1,334 bases of DNA from Escherichia coli (GTDB lineage: Bacteria; Pseudomonadota; Gammaproteobacteria; Enterobacterales; Enterobacteriaceae), in assembly GCF_003334305.1 (NCBI RefSeq), contig NZ_QOWS01000058.1; one strand, written 5' to 3'. This document shows positions 1-1,334 of the stretch, one piece after another; position 1 is the stretch's first letter; each line of letters starts with the position of its first letter. Below the pieces are notes generated by a model, which did not search any database, had not been told where the DNA came from, and saw only the letters and a program-made list of their open reading frames with translations. The translations under genes and the position numbers were made by a program.

Positions 1-1334
1 CCGGACGGGCTTCGCAGCAGCCGGGAGTATGATGAGAAGGGAAGGCTGACGGCGGAGACCTCGCGCAGCGGTGAGACAACGCGGTACAGCTATGATGACC
101 CGGCGAGTGAGCTGCCGACAGGGATACAGGACGCGACGGGCAGTACAAAACAGATGGCATGGAGCCGTTACGGTCAACTGCTGGCCTTCACGGACTGCTC
201 GGGGTACACGACGCGGTATGAGTACGACCGGTACGGTCAACAAATCGCCGTTCACCGGGAGGAAGGCATCAGCACTTACAGCAGTTATAACCCGCGTGGG
301 CAACTGGTCAGTCAGAAGGATGCGCAGGGGCGGGAGACCCGTTATGAGTACAGTGCCGCAGGCGACCTGACAGCAACGATATCACCGGACGGTAAACGCA
401 GCACCATCGAATATGATAAACGCGGGCGTCCGGTGAGTGTGACGGAAGGCGGTCTTACGCGCAGCATGGGGTATGACGCTGCCGGGCGCATCACCGTGCT
501 GACCAACGAGAACGGCAGCCAGTCCACGTTCCGGTATGACCCGGTGGACAGGCTGACTGAACAGCGCGGTTTTGACGGCCGGACGCAACGTTACCACTAT
601 GACCTGACCGGAAAACTCACGCAGAGTGAAGACGAGGGGCTTATCACCCTCTGGCACTACGATGCGTCGGACCGCATCACGCACCGGACGGTGAACGGCG
701 ACCCGGCAGAGCAGTGGCAGTATGATGAGCACGGGTGGTTAACCACCCTCAGCCATACCTGTGAAGGCCACCGCGTGTCGGTCCACTACGGCTATGACGA
801 TAAAGGCCGCCTGACGGGTGAACGGCAGACGGTGGAGAACCCGGAGACAGGGGAGATGCTGTGGGAGCATGAGACGGGGCATGCGTACAGCGAACAGGGG
901 CTGGCGACCCGTCAGGAGCCGGACGGTCTGCCGCCGGTGGAGTGGCTGACGTATGGCAGCGGTTATCTTGCGGGGATGAAGCTGGGCGGAACGCCGCTGG
1001 TCGAGTACACGCGGGACCGGCTGCACCGCGAGACGGCCCGTAGCTTCGGCGGGGCGGGCAGTACAGCGGGGTACGAACAGGCCACGGCGTACACCCTCAC
1101 AGGGCAGCTACAGAGCAGGCACCTGAACCTTCCGCAGCTTGACTGTGACTATACGTGGAACGATAACGGACAACTGGTGCGCATCAGCGGCCCGCAGGAG
1201 TGCCGGGAGTACCGTTACAGCGGCACGGGAAGGCTGACGGGCGTCCACACTACGGCAGCGAACCTGGATATCGATATCCCGTATGCGACGGACCCGGCAG
1301 GAAACCGGCTGCCGGACCCGGAACTGCACCCGGA
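1..1334 (+). CDS. Rhs-family YD-repeat protein, conserved core region (internal fragment; 5' and 3' ends lie outside the window); polymorphic toxin / T6SS-associated effector family
   Basis: Seen in sequence: frame +1 (codon 1 = nt 1-3) has no TAA/TAG/TGA across all 444 codons. The translation contains at least 10 canonical YD-repeat units (consensus roughly Y-D-x-x-G-R-L-T/I) at about 21-residue spacing, plus several degenerate ones, and GC-rich codon usage (ctg, ccg, gcg, acg, cgc, ggc). Established knowledge: this pattern is diagnostic of the Rhs / YD-repeat family, and from memory the translation is clearly homologous to, but not identical with, E. coli K-12 RhsA-type core sequence. The specific paralog cannot be assigned without a database search, so no gene symbol is given. 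Confidence 0.95.
25..831 (+). repeat. Protein-level tandem YD-repeat array within the Rhs core (about 21 codons / 63 nt per unit; degenerate at DNA level)
   Basis: Y of the YD (or YD-like) motif falls at codons 10, 31, 57 (degenerate RYGQL), 75, 96 (degenerate YNPRGQL), 117 (YS), 138, 158, 179, 200, 220, 241 and 265, i.e. nt 28, 91, 169, 223, 286, 349, 412, 472, 535, 598, 658, 721 and 793. Spacing is 20-24 codons between canonical units. Two further units lie at codons 384-392 (YTWNDNGQL, nt 1150-1176) and 404-413 (YRYSGTGRLT, nt 1210-1239). Confidence 0.8.

Noticed and set aside
39-52. 14-nt direct repeat gggaaggctgacgg, also present at 1227-1240
   Set aside because: Both copies encode the same YD-repeat peptide motif G-R-L-T with the same codons. 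This is protein-motif reuse, not terminal repeats of a mobile element or a CRISPR-like array.
71-370. + strand ORF (frame 2, 99 aa) from the ORF track
   Set aside because: It lies entirely within and out of frame with the uninterrupted frame +1 Rhs reading frame. Its translation is Arg/Thr-rich low-complexity with no recognisable motif, typical of an off-frame ORF in GC-rich coding DNA.
342-527. - strand ORF (61 aa)
   Set aside because: Antisense to the Rhs coding frame, short, Pro/Arg/Ser/Val-rich with no recognisable domain. Spurious antisense ORFs are expected in GC-rich genes.
382-732. - strand ORF (116 aa)
   Set aside because: Antisense to the Rhs coding frame with Arg/Val/Pro-rich composition and no motif I recognise. 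The YD-repeat periodicity belongs to the + strand frame 1, not this frame.
739-1026. - strand ORF (95 aa)
   Set aside because: Antisense artefact of the GC-rich Rhs coding sequence; no recognisable domain and no independent start or RBS context assessable.
1267-1278. 12-bp palindrome / tandem EcoRV sites gatatcgatatc
   Set aside because: Fully explained by the coding sequence (D-I-D-I within ...NLDIDIPYATD...). Short enough to be coincidental, with no flanking structure suggesting a regulatory or mobile element.
1108-1329. - strand ORF (73 aa)
   Set aside because: Antisense artefact overlapping the YTWNDNGQL and YRYSGTGRLT repeat units of the + strand gene; no supporting features.
1-1334. 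Assignment to a specific paralog (rhsA, rhsB, rhsC, rhsD, etc.) or to a specific host species
   Set aside because: Paralogs share near-identical cores and are distinguished mainly by N-terminal and C-terminal regions and genomic context, none of which is in the window. Only a family-level call is defensible without a database search.
1-1334. Gene start/RBS/promoter, terminator, tRNA/rRNA/ncRNA, CRISPR array or IS/transposon ends
   Set aside because: The window is coding throughout in one frame. There is no array of spaced direct repeats, no RNA-gene-like structure and no inverted-repeat termini, and start and stop codons lie outside the window.

Overview
The whole window lies inside one gene: an internal fragment, truncated at both ends, of an Rhs-family YD-repeat protein (the conserved core of a polymorphic toxin) on the + strand in frame 1. 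Frame 1 is open for all 444 codons (nt 1-1332) with no stop, so the supplied ORF track, which appears to list only ATG-to-stop ORFs, misses it. All five listed ORFs are off-frame or antisense artefacts of this GC-rich coding sequence. The translation carries a regular array of YD repeats (e.g. REYDEKGRLT, RYEYDRYGQ, IEYDKRGRP, MGYDAAGRIT, FRYDPVDRLT, RYHYDLTGKLT, WHYDASDRIT, WQYDEHGWLT, YGYDDKGRLT, YRYSGTGRLT) at about 21-codon spacing, and reads like an enterobacterial Rhs core. No gene start or stop, promoter, terminator, RNA gene, CRISPR array or mobile-element boundary is visible. I do not see a novel system within this window itself. The conserved Rhs core is a well-described family, and any novelty (variable C-terminal toxin domain and immunity gene) would lie downstream of the window. 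The one feature not explained by the protein is a perfect 16-bp palindrome at 733-748.
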